DNA of 64,000 nt, taken from the NCBI GenBank assembly GCA_964057225.1, contig OZ059898.1:4092001-4156000 (forward strand), written 5' to 3'. Shown piece by piece: positions 16,574-30,200 of the stretch. Origin of the DNA: Auanema rhodensis. Taxonomy: Eukaryota; Animalia; Nematoda. How positions within the stretch are numbered: position 1 is the first letter of the stretch; the number at the start of each line of letters is the position of its first letter. Below the pieces are notes generated by a model, which worked only from the letters and a program-made list of their open reading frames with translations, was not told the DNA's origin and did no database searches. Position numbers and translations under genes: made by a program.

Positions 16574-18088
16574 TTCATATAAAATTATATAATTTGGAAA
16601 TAATTTAAGACAAATTATATTTTCAATGATTTCCAAACAATTCATTTTCTCAAATGGTCTTTGTCGTAGCGATCTAATCAATGCTTCTTATTGGCTTCGT
16701 TTCCTTGACTGAACCATATTCGTACTTACCACTTCAAGCGATAACATAATATTAAAGTGTTAATTAAATAATTAAACCATATTATAATATGTAATATGAT
16801 TAAACTATATTGAAACTTTTTTTTTTAGTTTTTGACACAAAATATCCGGCATTGTTCAATTTAAAGTTGATTTTATTTTAGTGAAATACTATTAAAGTTT
16901 TTCATTTTATCTTAGAATATTTAGCTTCTTGGTATATTTTTGAAAATTCAACAAGCTTCTTTGTTCTTCTTGAATTTTGAAGTTTGCAAAAATTTTTATT
17001 CGGAGTTCAAGATGTCAAGAATAGTCATATCAGAATAATTGCTTGAGAAAGATTTGTTCTTCATATTCTGGCTCACTATAATGTTTGTTCTGAATCAGAT
17101 GTGAACAGAATGACCTTTCATCAACTTGCTAGCATTATATCTTCAGGAATTTAGCTGTCCTCTCCCTCTCTATCTCTCCTTTGTTTCTTGCTCTCTTCAT
17201 TCTGTTTATTTATCCTTCTCAGCTAACCATTCAGCCTGATAGCCCATCTTGATTAGCAGATGAGGGCCAAATGAAAGCTTAAACCATCATATAACATTGC
17301 GACTTATTATCTCAAGTCTATTTTATTTAAAAAATAATTATTTTTGTAGTAATCTTTAGATAAATTATAATATTTATAATAAGCTTTGACTACTATATGT
17401 ATTTATCTGAAAGAATTGTATTATATAACTATACTACAGTTATATACATATATATAGTAAATGGCATATACATTTATTAAAATATTATTAGAGACGATAA
17501 GATAAACTTAATCTTGATTACCAAACCAATGATTATATCTTTATTCATATTTTTCTTTTTTTTTCAATGAATTATTTTAATTTCTTATTAATTTTTATGT
17601 ATTATTTGTTATTATATATTAAAAAAGAATATTGAAAAAAAGCAATTGTGGTTTCATAAGTTCGATCTTGATCACTTTCTAATGCCATTCTACCGGTCTT
17701 TTTAAGTTCTTATCGAAATCGACCAATCTGTCACGGTCATCGATTCTCCTCTCATTCTTTTTCTTTCTATCTCTTCTTCATTTCTTTTCATATATTTCAT
17801 GTTAAGATATATGTATATATCTATATCAATCTATATAGTTATCTGTTTCGCTTCCTTGTCTTTTCAAGGAAACAAATGAAGGTTCATTTAGTTTTAATCA
17901 ATATTATCTTCATATACATAAGTATATCAAATCAATTTTATTTATTTTATAATCAACCATACACTTATGTTCATATAGTTTATATCACATTACCTAATTT
18001 CTATTTCAATGAACATATTCATCTAATACACCTACACATATACATGTTCTTTTCATTTTATATTTTCTCATATCTACATTTTATACAG

Positions 18089-18139
<51 letters not shown>

Positions 18140-18199
18140 TACATATAAAAGTATCCGGATACATACATGCAACAGTCACAATAGTTCTTTCTCTCTATT

Positions 18200-18232
<33 letters not shown>

Positions 18233-21200
18233 CTCCCTCTCTCTCTCTTGTTTCATACTCACGCACTCAGGAAAACACGAACATATCCTGTCTTTATTTA
18301 GAATTATTGATTTGTACATATAACTAATTATCAGTTTCTTTCATTCTAAAATAACATTTTTAATTTCAACTTCATATTTTTCATTTAGTACTATTAAACT
18401 CTTATACGTTTTCTATATATTGTTAAATATATGTTTTTTTTCTAAATAGTTAACCATACAATAATAATAATAGTAAGACATACTTTAACAATTTTATTTT
18501 AACATTGGTTCACTTTCACTATATTGACGTCACTTCCGAACATATGAGCACATATAGTAATCATAAGCAGATGAATCATTGTATTGTGTGCAGTGCAGTA
18601 TATGACTACTAAAAGGCATATTATATGATTCTTTCAACAAAAAAAAGAAAACTTCTTTAATTTTTTTATTTTTTATTCAAAAATCACTCTTAATTTCTGA
18701 AATCTATGTATATGTGTGAGTGTGTAATGAGAATGTTATTCTTTTGTTTTTTTTTCATTATTTCTTCTTTAAAAATGATCATTGACTGTGTCATTCGACC
18801 CTTATTTCTTTCTAAAAATAATCTTATATATTCTTTCATTTTTTTAGTTCTGAGTCATGAATATATATTTATATATTTATTGTCTTTTTCAAAAGTTTGA
18901 AGACGTTTTCATGAATGATTACAATATAATCCTTTAATTGAGGGTTAATCTAGTCATTGATCTATCCCTAATATATTAAACTCCATTTGAATTATAAATA
19001 TGGTATTGAATGCTCTTTTATTTTCAATTTCTAAAATAAATTATTATGAGAAATGATTATGATTTCCATGTTTTCATTTTCTTTTCTTTTTTGTATTATA
19101 GGCTTTAGAGAAAAAACAAGTTCAATTAAACATTTTGTCATTTCTATTCTCAAGATCTGAAATAGTTTCATAAATATGCAATCGGATTCTTGACGGATAT
19201 GGCTGAAAGTTTTATTTGAACCTTTTCTATCTTATTTTCGTTTCCCTTTAAACTTAAAGTCATACACATACATATATACTTTAAAGTTTTATCTTAATTG
19301 TTGTCACAAAACGCAAAGCTCATCTTCTCTTACTGAAACTTTAATTGTCTTCAGATTTTTTTCTTTTTATTACTGAAAAGCACTTGTTCAATTTTTTTCA
19401 AATCGAAATTACTTAAAACTTTTGCTTAGTGAAGCTAGTGAATTAGGCTTTGGTGATAATTGATCATATCTCCTGCATTCATTTTGTTGAAAATATTTTA
19501 TTTTCGAATTTGAAGTTTAAATATCTGTTTTATTCCTCTCAGCTTTAGTCTTTTTGAACTCTGAAACATCGTTTTCCAACATTAAATAATTCAGGATCAT
19601 ATTTCGAGTGTTGTTAGAACTATTCTAAACATTATATTCTTATTCTCACTTACACAAAGACATTTATAAACTTTATATATATATCTTAACATATGATCCT
19701 TTTCTAAGTTGATAAAAATCTAAAATGGTATCTTTATTTTATATATTCAACATTTAATGTTTCTTTTTTTCGAATTATTCAATAATGGAATATATTTGAC
19801 AAGGTGTAAACGAAGTTTCAGAATATTTCTTATTTATATAACTTATCATTCTGACTCATTCTTCTATAAAAGTATTTCCTCTTGAAAAACTTGATGTAAT
19901 AATATTTATATCTTATATATTTTCATAATATCATTATATCTCAATTGAAAAATCATGTTCTATTATGATTTTAAGTTTTATTAACTATACTATTAATTTC
20001 TTTTAAATCTTAATTAAATAGTTTATTAACATGATTTACTTTTTTCGTTCTTCTTTCTGACTATCCGAATTTCCAAGTTTTATAATCTGTTGAAAAGAAT
20101 CAGGTGAAATCAGAAGATGACACACCAGAAACAAGAAAATAAGGGATGGAATAAGAGAAAAAGTGGGATAGAGAGATCTATAAAGAATGCATACGAGGTA
20201 ATGAGAGAAAGAGAGATAACAGCTCCTTTACAGTCCACTTGTTGTTTTTCTCCCTTAATTCTCTCAATTTATCATAATATCTTAGTTCGGGTTCAATAGA
20301 AGTTTTATGACTGCACTCCAGACAAAAGGCAATCGTAACAGCATTGATATTTCTTCAACAATATAACATCAACAAACATTTTAGGAAGCAATTTTAAAGT
20401 TTGTCTGAAGTAAAATTTTAATGTTATGCATCAATTAATCATATTTTCTATTATTATATACTTTATTAATAATAATATTATATATTAATATTATATATTA
20501 TTATTTATTCGAGTAAATTTTCTTTCTTTACATGGTTTATTTGTTAACTTGTCTTCATCTGCTAGATCAATAACTTATCAAATCTCTTACATTCAAGACA
20601 ACGATATTGGCACAAAACTTCTGTTAGCACTCACCATTTTCGCCACCAGATTCATCATCATGTGGCTGATCGGTTTTCTTTTATCTTTTCCGACAAATCA
20701 TCCCATTTTTCGTCTCTTCAATTTGCACTTTTGGTTTTTATGATACTTTAACGAGCCACTAGCAATTCTTATATCTTTCGTTTGTCATCTTAGCTTCTGC
20801 ATTTGATCACTTTTTGTATTCCTTGTTTTGCTAATATCAAGCTCATAGATATATATTAAATAATCTTTACTATATGGAATTTTATTTATTCTATTCTCTA
20901 CTTTTATTTTTATTGTTTTCGTACTATGTAATTATATTCTTCTTTATCAGAACCGCATTTATATAATTCAGTCTTAATCATAAAATCGACATCCAAATCT
21001 GTCGCCGCCATTAATACGGGATCGTCTTTAATACTGATTTCAAATAGAGAATTTCCGGGAATACATTTATCTCTTAAATATCAGAAGTGGTGATGTTCCC
21101 ATCCCATCCTTGTGTATGTAAAGAAAAATAAACAATAATAAATAATATCCTAATATAGAAAAAAAATTTACATTAATCCTAAATAATATTATATTTAATT

Positions 21201-24200
21201 ATAGGCTGAATGTCGATATCGAACCGATCTGGGAAATTCAACTGCAGATACAAAACCATCCGTTGATAGAGTAATAGCTTCTCTCATAAAAACAGTTGAG
21301 GAGACTCGATTCACAGCACCTGATCGGCCTCAAAGTTTGGGTATACAGCAGCAATTAAAGCCGCAGGTTAGATGATGTTCACTAATGTTTCATCATTATA
21401 CTCAACGTTAATTTATGTATGTGTGTTTAACAAATAATATTTCCCAGGATGCTACAACGCAAACATCACCATATTCAATTTCTCGATCTTCATCGTTTGA
21501 TTGGATTCATGATATGTCTGAGGGTCGTCTACGCGATTTAAATACACCACTTTGCACCCCAAGGTTGTTCAATGATCAAATTTAATTTTTATGAATTATA
21601 AAATTTAGAATTGAAGCATTCGATGCTGTCAATTTTTTATCAAAGGCACCTGAGTCTTCTTCAGAGACAGATGATGCTGATCGTGAGGTAGCTGAAGTTA
21701 CGCGAAATGCAGAGCTGGGAGTTTGTAATGTAATACCTTTGGCTAATACTTCTACAAAGTTATCGACATCAGCTGAAAAAATAATCCGAAACAAGAAGTA
21801 ACTTATTTGAAAGAAGATTTAGCGTTTATTTTGAAATTTTCTAGTCTTTTCGCTGAAATGGAAGAAAGTTTAGCCATGCTTTTACAATATGGTGAAGACA
21901 ATAAACCACAACCAATGCCTCGTAAAATAGTACCGTCCAAAGAAGTAGAACCTAAACGAAGAGCTACTCAAGGTATATATATATAAGAATATTTATAATA
22001 TATATTTATATTATAGAAATACGTCGACCTCTTCCTCAATTTCCAATGGCTGAAAGCATTTATGATAATATGTCCAATAAAACAAAATCACATGGTATGT
22101 TAATACTATAAACTCAACAATTATTTAAAATTTTCTCTTTTTCTTATTCTATATAATTTTAGACAAAGATATATCATATATAAATCATAATCTAGAAAAA
22201 GGTTCAAATTCTTCAATCAAATTATCAAAAGAATCAATGAAAGAATCAATTGATTCTAAGGTAATATTATATAATATATAGATTGATCTTTAATATTTCA
22301 AGAATGATAAGCTTTCTGTAGCAGTAGCACAACGTTCTGGAAGCTGTGAATTGTTAAATCAAGTACATTATGTATGTTTTAATTATTTTATTCAATCTTA
22401 TTTCAATTTTTTTTAGTCACCAACATCTGGTTTGAAAGACAAATTAAAGCTTGCAGGTATGTATTTCTCAAAAATAATTTTCAAACATTTTTTTTTTGAA
22501 ATTGAAAAGTCTGTAATTATTTTTTCTTGAACGTTTTTGAGCATTATGTGATACACAGCTCATGTTCCGCTCACTATTTTCTTCTTTTTTTTTTTATTTT
22601 CATCAGATTAGTGGTTCCTCAACGACTTCTAGATATAGGATGCGCTAACAAAAAAAAATTTTCTTTCTTTTATTTTCCGTTTTCTCTCTCGGAAACATAC
22701 AATGTTTTGATTTCACTAAGCCTTCTTCTGTTTTCCCTTAGTATTTCACCTTGGACAACCAAAAAGATTGAGGCGCTCTACAACAGATTGCTTAGTTGAC
22801 TTTTTTCTTTCTGACCGTATGCTTCAACTACACTTTCCATTTTTTTCTTCAATAGTTAGCTATTTTCAAAATTATAATTATGATTAAAGATAATCATTGA
22901 GCTTTCTTGAGAAATAGTTTTTATTTTCGTTGGTTTTTAGCTATTTTTATCTTTTTTATTTCAAAAGACCAATAAGCTTAAGCTGTATTATTAGAAGTAG
23001 TTAAAGGTTTTTTTCTATTATTGTCACAAAAGCTTATTACATGTCTAACTACCATTACTTTCGTTTTTTCAATCTTTGTCTACAATCATCATTCCCCTTC
23101 TCAATTTTTGTAATACAACATTTACTAGAACTTAAAGGAAATATAGATCACGGTACAAACTAGACTTTAGGATTCTATTCTAAATTCTCTTTAGAATATG
23201 TTGGAGAAGTGCTCACGTTGCGCAAATTCTAATATGAATTATTTCTTTTTTTTATCGAAAAAATATTCGTTTGAGATCATATTTAAAATTTTCAAAAACT
23301 GAAGAAATAATTTTTTAAATATTTTAATTGAATAAGTAAAGGTTCAGTCAATTTTCAAGAGAAAAAATCTTTATATATGAATATTAAATTATTTATTTTC
23401 TTTATTTTCTAAGAAAGATTCACTTATTCTCATGATGTTATTCATGTTTCCTATTTGATTATCTATTCAACCATTTGTAGACTTTCCTTCTTTCATCTAA
23501 GATAAGCTTAACACTAACAATGATTTCTTAAATCAAATATAGTATGAATATGAGAGAATAAGGCGATGACAGATGAAAGTTTCTGTAGACCTGAAAAAGC
23601 AGGAAAAGGACTTCAGATTCTAAATATTCCTCACGTTTCACGCATTATTTACATTTCCCTAGTATGAACTATATTCAGAATATTTTTGTTCATACCGTAA
23701 TCTATCTAAATCTAAAAGTTTTTTTTTTCTATTAAAGTAATACAATTTTTTTTTCTTTTTCTCTTCTTTTTATCTAACAATAAAAGTAAAAAACTTATCT
23801 TCTTAAATAATTTATAAAAAATATATATTAGTAATAGTTACAACATATATATTTATTTATTGATGTTCAGTTATTCTTTAATTAAAACCATTTGTATCAA
23901 AAATTATATGTTAAGCTTTATCTCAATCATGTTAAACATTCATAGTTTATGTTATCTTCAGCCTAATATTTGATGAATCTGTGCATCAAATGTAATTCCG
24001 TTTGAGTTGAATTCTTATATCTCAACTTCGTTCTTTTCTTCGTCAAGAATTTATTTTGTCGACTATCGCAAACTCTCAAACAGGACACCTCCTCCTCTTC
24101 TTATCGCAGGACGAAAGATACACAGACGAACAATGTGATTTATTAAGTGAGCGAAAGACGTAGATAGAGGAAAAAGAGAGTTGAGAACAAAGTTATTTAG

Positions 24201-27200
24201 ATATTAGTGATGAGAAACTAGATGTGCATTATGTCATCAAAGTATAAGCAGAGAACTGAATTATCACTTTTGCTTCTCTGAACTCTTGCGTGATTTCATT
24301 GATACCTATAACATATATACATACATATGTATGTATATATGTCAGATGACAGTCTATATTGTTTAAATCTTGTGAGATTGAGTATATATTCATCTTGCTT
24401 CTTTGATTAAGCCCAACAGTTTACTCTCGCTAGTTTTTGATTTTAATGTCAGATAATTATTTTCTTACATAATATGAATCGTAGAAATATCAATATGATT
24501 CATTTGGGGGTAATGAATATATATATTTTTTTTTAAATTTATTTATATTTATATAGATTAAAGTTTTTGGATTCTTCTTATTGACAACCTTTTTAATCTT
24601 CTACTGCTTCCGCTAACTCTTAACACTTCTCACAAGAACAAAGTTGAGAAGTTATAGTTCGATGCTTCAAGTTTTCTTTTCTTTGTTAATGTCTACCTCA
24701 GTGTTATGTTTTATTATTTCGCTATTTTTTAAAACAAAACGTACAAGTACTTTACATACAACCTGAATCTTAACTGTCAATCTCGAAACTACTTTGAAAA
24801 GCTTTTGCCAGAGAAATAGTAGCTTAACGCAAATTTTTTTGAAAACTGGAAGAAAATGCTATTATTTTCATTATGAATTATTATTTCTTAATAAAAATAA
24901 GTAAAACCAGGCTATATTCTAACTAAACTATTTATAAATACTATTTATTTATTCTGATCAACATATGTACTTGACAGTTCTTTTCCATTTTGCTTTGTCA
25001 ATTATTTAATGTGTTTCAAATCTAATTATCTATTCTCGGAAGTAGCCTTTTATTCATATCTACTAACCCAATCAGTTCCTAAGCCGCTGCTCTTTTCTCC
25101 ACAAATGGTTTCCATTTCACTGTTCGGAAGCAATCACATCCCTCTATATTCTATTCAAGTCGCCCACTTTTGAACGACACATTAGGCATGGCTAGATAAA
25201 TAGGTTTTTCTTATTTGATCAAGATGGCTAACATGTATCTACATCTTCAAATTTTATCCCATCTTTCACTTTTTATTCTCAAATGTTCATTTTTTTTAGT
25301 CCAAAAATTTTTAATAAATTTGATTTTAAAGTCTATTTATATGAATATTTATACTATTTAATAATTACATTATAAACTAATGAATTACGTTGATATTCTT
25401 GGTGATTACTAACAACGTGATCATATCCGTATCTTCTTCATCTTCAAGTATCGTGTGTCTCTGTTTTAATTTTTCTCTTTACTGATTTCCGCCCACCTAT
25501 TCAACATTTTATATTTTTTCTGTAACTATTAAATATTTGATTTATAATATATAATATAAATTAAAATTTAACTTATTATATTCCTCAGTATTCAAATACT
25601 ATCCATCTTTCTCTATCTATCTATCTATCTATGCCCCCTCTCTCTCTACCTTTATCCCTTTTTCTCATTTTCCCGCGATGACGTAAGCTTTTTGTATATT
25701 GTTCAGATTATGCTTTCGTCTTCTGCGCCGCTATACTCACAAGATGATCGTTAGCTATTACGATCAAATTGACATACTGTTATTCTTACTATTTACGGAT
25801 GAATAATGAAAAATACCAAAACTAATTAGAGATTAAATGTTTTTTTTACTATTCATCATGTTGAATGAAGAACAATTTATGATCAAACGATTGTTAATTA
25901 TAACGATTGAAGCTTAACTAGTTAATTATCTTGATCTTAATAGAATCTTCATTCAATCAGTTCAATCTAGCATTTAAATCTTAGTGACTTCACATCAACT
26001 ACCCTGTTTCCAAAAATATTATATATAATGATTGAAACAAATCTTCATTGTTTTTTTTATTTGAATTTTTGAATTGAATACCAATGTAGATAAATTTCAA
26101 TTATGGGCGCCTTTGCATTCATACTTGAAGACCAGCTGGTCGAATCATCTGCTAGCTCTTCACCATGTACATATATTGCATCAGTAATGATGAAACTATC
26201 CAGAAATTCATAATAGTTTAGAAATCTTTATATAGTTCTTCATCAAACAAACTTTTATACTATATATGTATATATAGTATAAATATTATTTTATATTTTA
26301 AAATAAAAATATATCATTGACTTTTGCATTTCAATTCAAAACTATCTTTTCTTTTCTTATGTATACTTCATATTTTTCTATGCATTTTGCTTTGATTTCC
26401 GAACAATTTTCACTTTGACAAGGACATTTTAAAAAAATATCGAAAGAAGACGATGGTAGTCGGATTAATTTACATATTCTGTCGCTATCTTGTCTGACCT
26501 TCAAGCCATTAAATCTAAAAGAGAAGCCGTTACTGGAAGAATAGCGTTTCACCTGTCGATAAAGTGTCGAGATTCTGTCAGTTTGACGGCTTTTTTTGCC
26601 ATCCTTTTCATCCTGTTCTTTTCAGTTTCTTCTTCATATTTCTTATATTCTTTATTCAAATAGTTGATTAAATATATATTTTTTCAAATATTTTATCAAG
26701 TGTCTTATACTTTATGTTTATATTTGACCACATGGAAAATTTATATGATGGTCTTTTATTATCATAAATCTTTTTCTAACTTGGAAATTAAAATCTTTTG
26801 AAAATACTGTTTTTGAAAGTTATTTCAATAGCAATCCAAATTTGATTGATGTTTAATAGACTGATTGCGTATTCTCCTACATCGATTATAAATAAAGAAA
26901 CCGTAAAAGGTAAAAAAAACTGTTTTATATGAAACTTAATAATATATATTATCTATTTGAACTATTTTATCTTCTTAACTATCTAGTTAATTATTTCCTT
27001 TTTATATCGAATAGTTAACTAATAATTAATTATTTGAGTTACATCCTTTTATAGATGAATAATCGATGTAGTGATGAGGTAAAGAGTAAAATTTTCCGTT
27101 TTTATTCATTTACCGAGGGTCAATTGTTTAATTGGTTAACGTAGTTTGAGAGTGTAGAGTAGAAAGAGGAGGAGATAGAAGATATATGAAGAAAGGTATT

Positions 27201-30200
27201 CGGTAGCTGGATATGAAGAGAGAAAGAGAATGATGAAGGGGACAGACGTTCCATGGCCATACTGAGACGAGACACATGAAGACCATCATGTCTGAATGAC
27301 CTTCATCATCTTAGCTCTTCTTCTTACGCTCATAGACATGTAAGAAAGTTTTTTTTGTTTTGCCATCTTTTATGCTATATTCCTTACATGCTTCTCTTCG
27401 ATATATCAAGCAAACCAGATAGCTAATTGGTGTTACATATAAAGATATATCGTATTATCTTTCTTTAGAATATTCTTGTTAAGTCAACACAAAGCTTTTT
27501 GATAATGTTGTCTATTTGGTATATATTGTGGCAATCAAAGTGAAAACTTTGAAGACAATTCAGTTATTTATTAAAATACATATATTATACCAAAAATAAA
27601 ATATATCATTATGAAAGAAAGCTTTCATTTCTATTTATTTTAATTATACCTTTATGAACAAACTTATTTCATCAAACATGTTTCTAGTTCTTGTTGACAC
27701 CTTTTTTTGTAAATTAAAATTATTTTGTTTTGATAGTCTATTACATTCTTTTTTTTGCAATTTAAAAAGTTCAAAATTCTATTTTACTTATTTAATATTA
27801 TAGATTTCTTTTTTATTACTCATTTCTAAATGTTATTCACTTTCTATTACTTTTTTTTTATCAAAGCAACAAAATTTCTTATACTTATAATAATATAAAT
27901 CTAAATATTTTATTTCAATCTCACTTATATAGTTATTCTCAACATTTTCCTTGCTGAATAAGGTTTCTCTCGAGTCATAAGAAACAGCACGTGAATCTGT
28001 AATTCAACGAACAGCGTTGTGGTCAATTTCCATTACTGATTGAGCGTGTCATTGTCAATAGGAAATCTGCTAAGTTCGAATCGTAGTCAATGCTTCATTT
28101 CAGTTTTTCTGAATCATATAACCATAATGTGAATAGTTTGAATCGTATATCATTAAAATTATTTTCTAATTTAGCAGCCAATACTTTTTTTTAATCTAAT
28201 CATGTTTAACTGTAGTTCTTAGACTCACTGAATTCTTTTTCAACTGATTTTCAATCATTTCTTTCCAATAACCTTATATAAATTAGGTCAAACGAACTTA
28301 GACATAACTGTCTACCTCATCTTTCTTCTATTTCACTGTTTTATTCTATTTCTCTCTATTTCTCTCTCAGTACAACACTGACATATAATCAGAAACTCTT
28401 TTTCTGTATCCTTTGTCTTCGATGTTGCAACTTCCTAATTCTGAACATTTTCATTGTTCAATGACAGCGCCAATTTCAAAAATTAGTCTTATCAATTATT
28501 TGGCTGAAATGACCCTTTACTTCACTACTATTGAATTTAAAAAAAATTGTTGAAATGTTAATTTTTAATTATTTTATTATTCAGAGCAAGAAGCTCTTGA
28601 ATTGTGTCAGTGGTTACGTAAAGCCGGATTTCCTCAATACGCCAATCAGTACGAAGGTATGTGCTTAACTTTTATCAATTTCAAAACAAAATAAAAAAGA
28701 TTTTTATATTCAATTAATCAGAAAAATGTCTTTCTTTAAATCATTACTGTTCATCATCTTTTGGTAATACACGAACCAAGTCTTTCCGTAGTGTTCACCT
28801 TCTCTTGTTGTCTTTTTTTTTTTTGAAAATGTTCTTAATATCACTGTTGATCTATCATCAACTTCATTTCCATTCATTTCATTTCTTTTTCTTTTTTTTC
28901 ATCTTGTTTTTTATGTCCTTTCTGTTAATCATTTCTTGTTCACAATCATAGTCTATCAGAACCATCATTAGTCAAAGGCTTATAGAGAAATGATAAACAT
29001 TAGTGATGATCATTTCAATTTAATGAATTTCAAGATAATCACATATTCATAATAGAATAAGATAGATTTGATTAACACATCGATAAGAATGTATGTGATT
29101 TAGCTGTCATATTCTTCTATCAAATGCCGTAATATTCCTTTTGTAGTTTTAGATATCTAACATTCTTTAAGCTACAGACAAATTCATTCAACATCCTATA
29201 TGGACTTTATCTGGTTATGTTATCCCCTCTCTCCTCCCCCTTTAGCTTTATCTTTTTGTGTTGATTGAAAATGATTAACAATAGAATTTGATCGTATCAA
29301 ATTAGATTCTACATTTACAGTTCTTAAGAAGGCATTTTAAAAAAAAGTTCGTAATTTGCATTCATTCAATTCGAAAAAAAAAATCGCGTTTATTTGATAA
29401 ATTCATACATTTATATACTTTGTATTAGATCTATTTTGAATGTTTTATGTTATAATTATTATTCATTTACTTAAAAAAATAATATAATAATCAATATATG
29501 TTATATTATTATATTATAAACTTTTTTTACACATTATAAGTGTTCAACATATATTATATATTTTGAATTTTCTTTGTTATATTTGTTCTATATCTAATTT
29601 TGAGCATTTATTGTGAACAACAGAAATCACTGGCTTGTAATCTCTTGTAAAAGATGGTGATGAAAGAAAAGATAAAGCTTGACTAGGCACTTTGTGCGAT
29701 GTGAAGCTCATGGTCGTCTTAAGCGATGTCAACGATGACGCTGGTTTCTTTAGAAGCATAGCTTGAGGCGAATACCAAAAAGTCCGGTTTTTCATCACTA
29801 GAAAATTGGTCGATGGTGAGAAATAAAGACAAAGCTGACGACTATAAGAAAATCTGCATAAGTCGCGCTAATAATTGGTGCTAAGGTGACTAGGAAATAA
29901 GTGAAGATATCTTGTGAGGAAAAGAAGAAATGAAAAATGTGATAAAGACATATACGGATGGTGTGAAATGAATTGAATTTCTCTATCTAAATAGATAGAT
30001 TTTCTTCTCACATCATCTGCTCATCCAGATGTGTCAGTAGAAAACATTTAACTGGCAACAAAATGTTTGATACTCTGCCAATCATTTATTGTTCTCAGAT
30101 ATTTTATATCAAAAAATGTTTTTTTTTCTATTTCTCGCTTTCGAAAGACTACATATTTCATTACATGGCCTGTGACTTTTCGTTTTTCTTGTTTCTCTAC

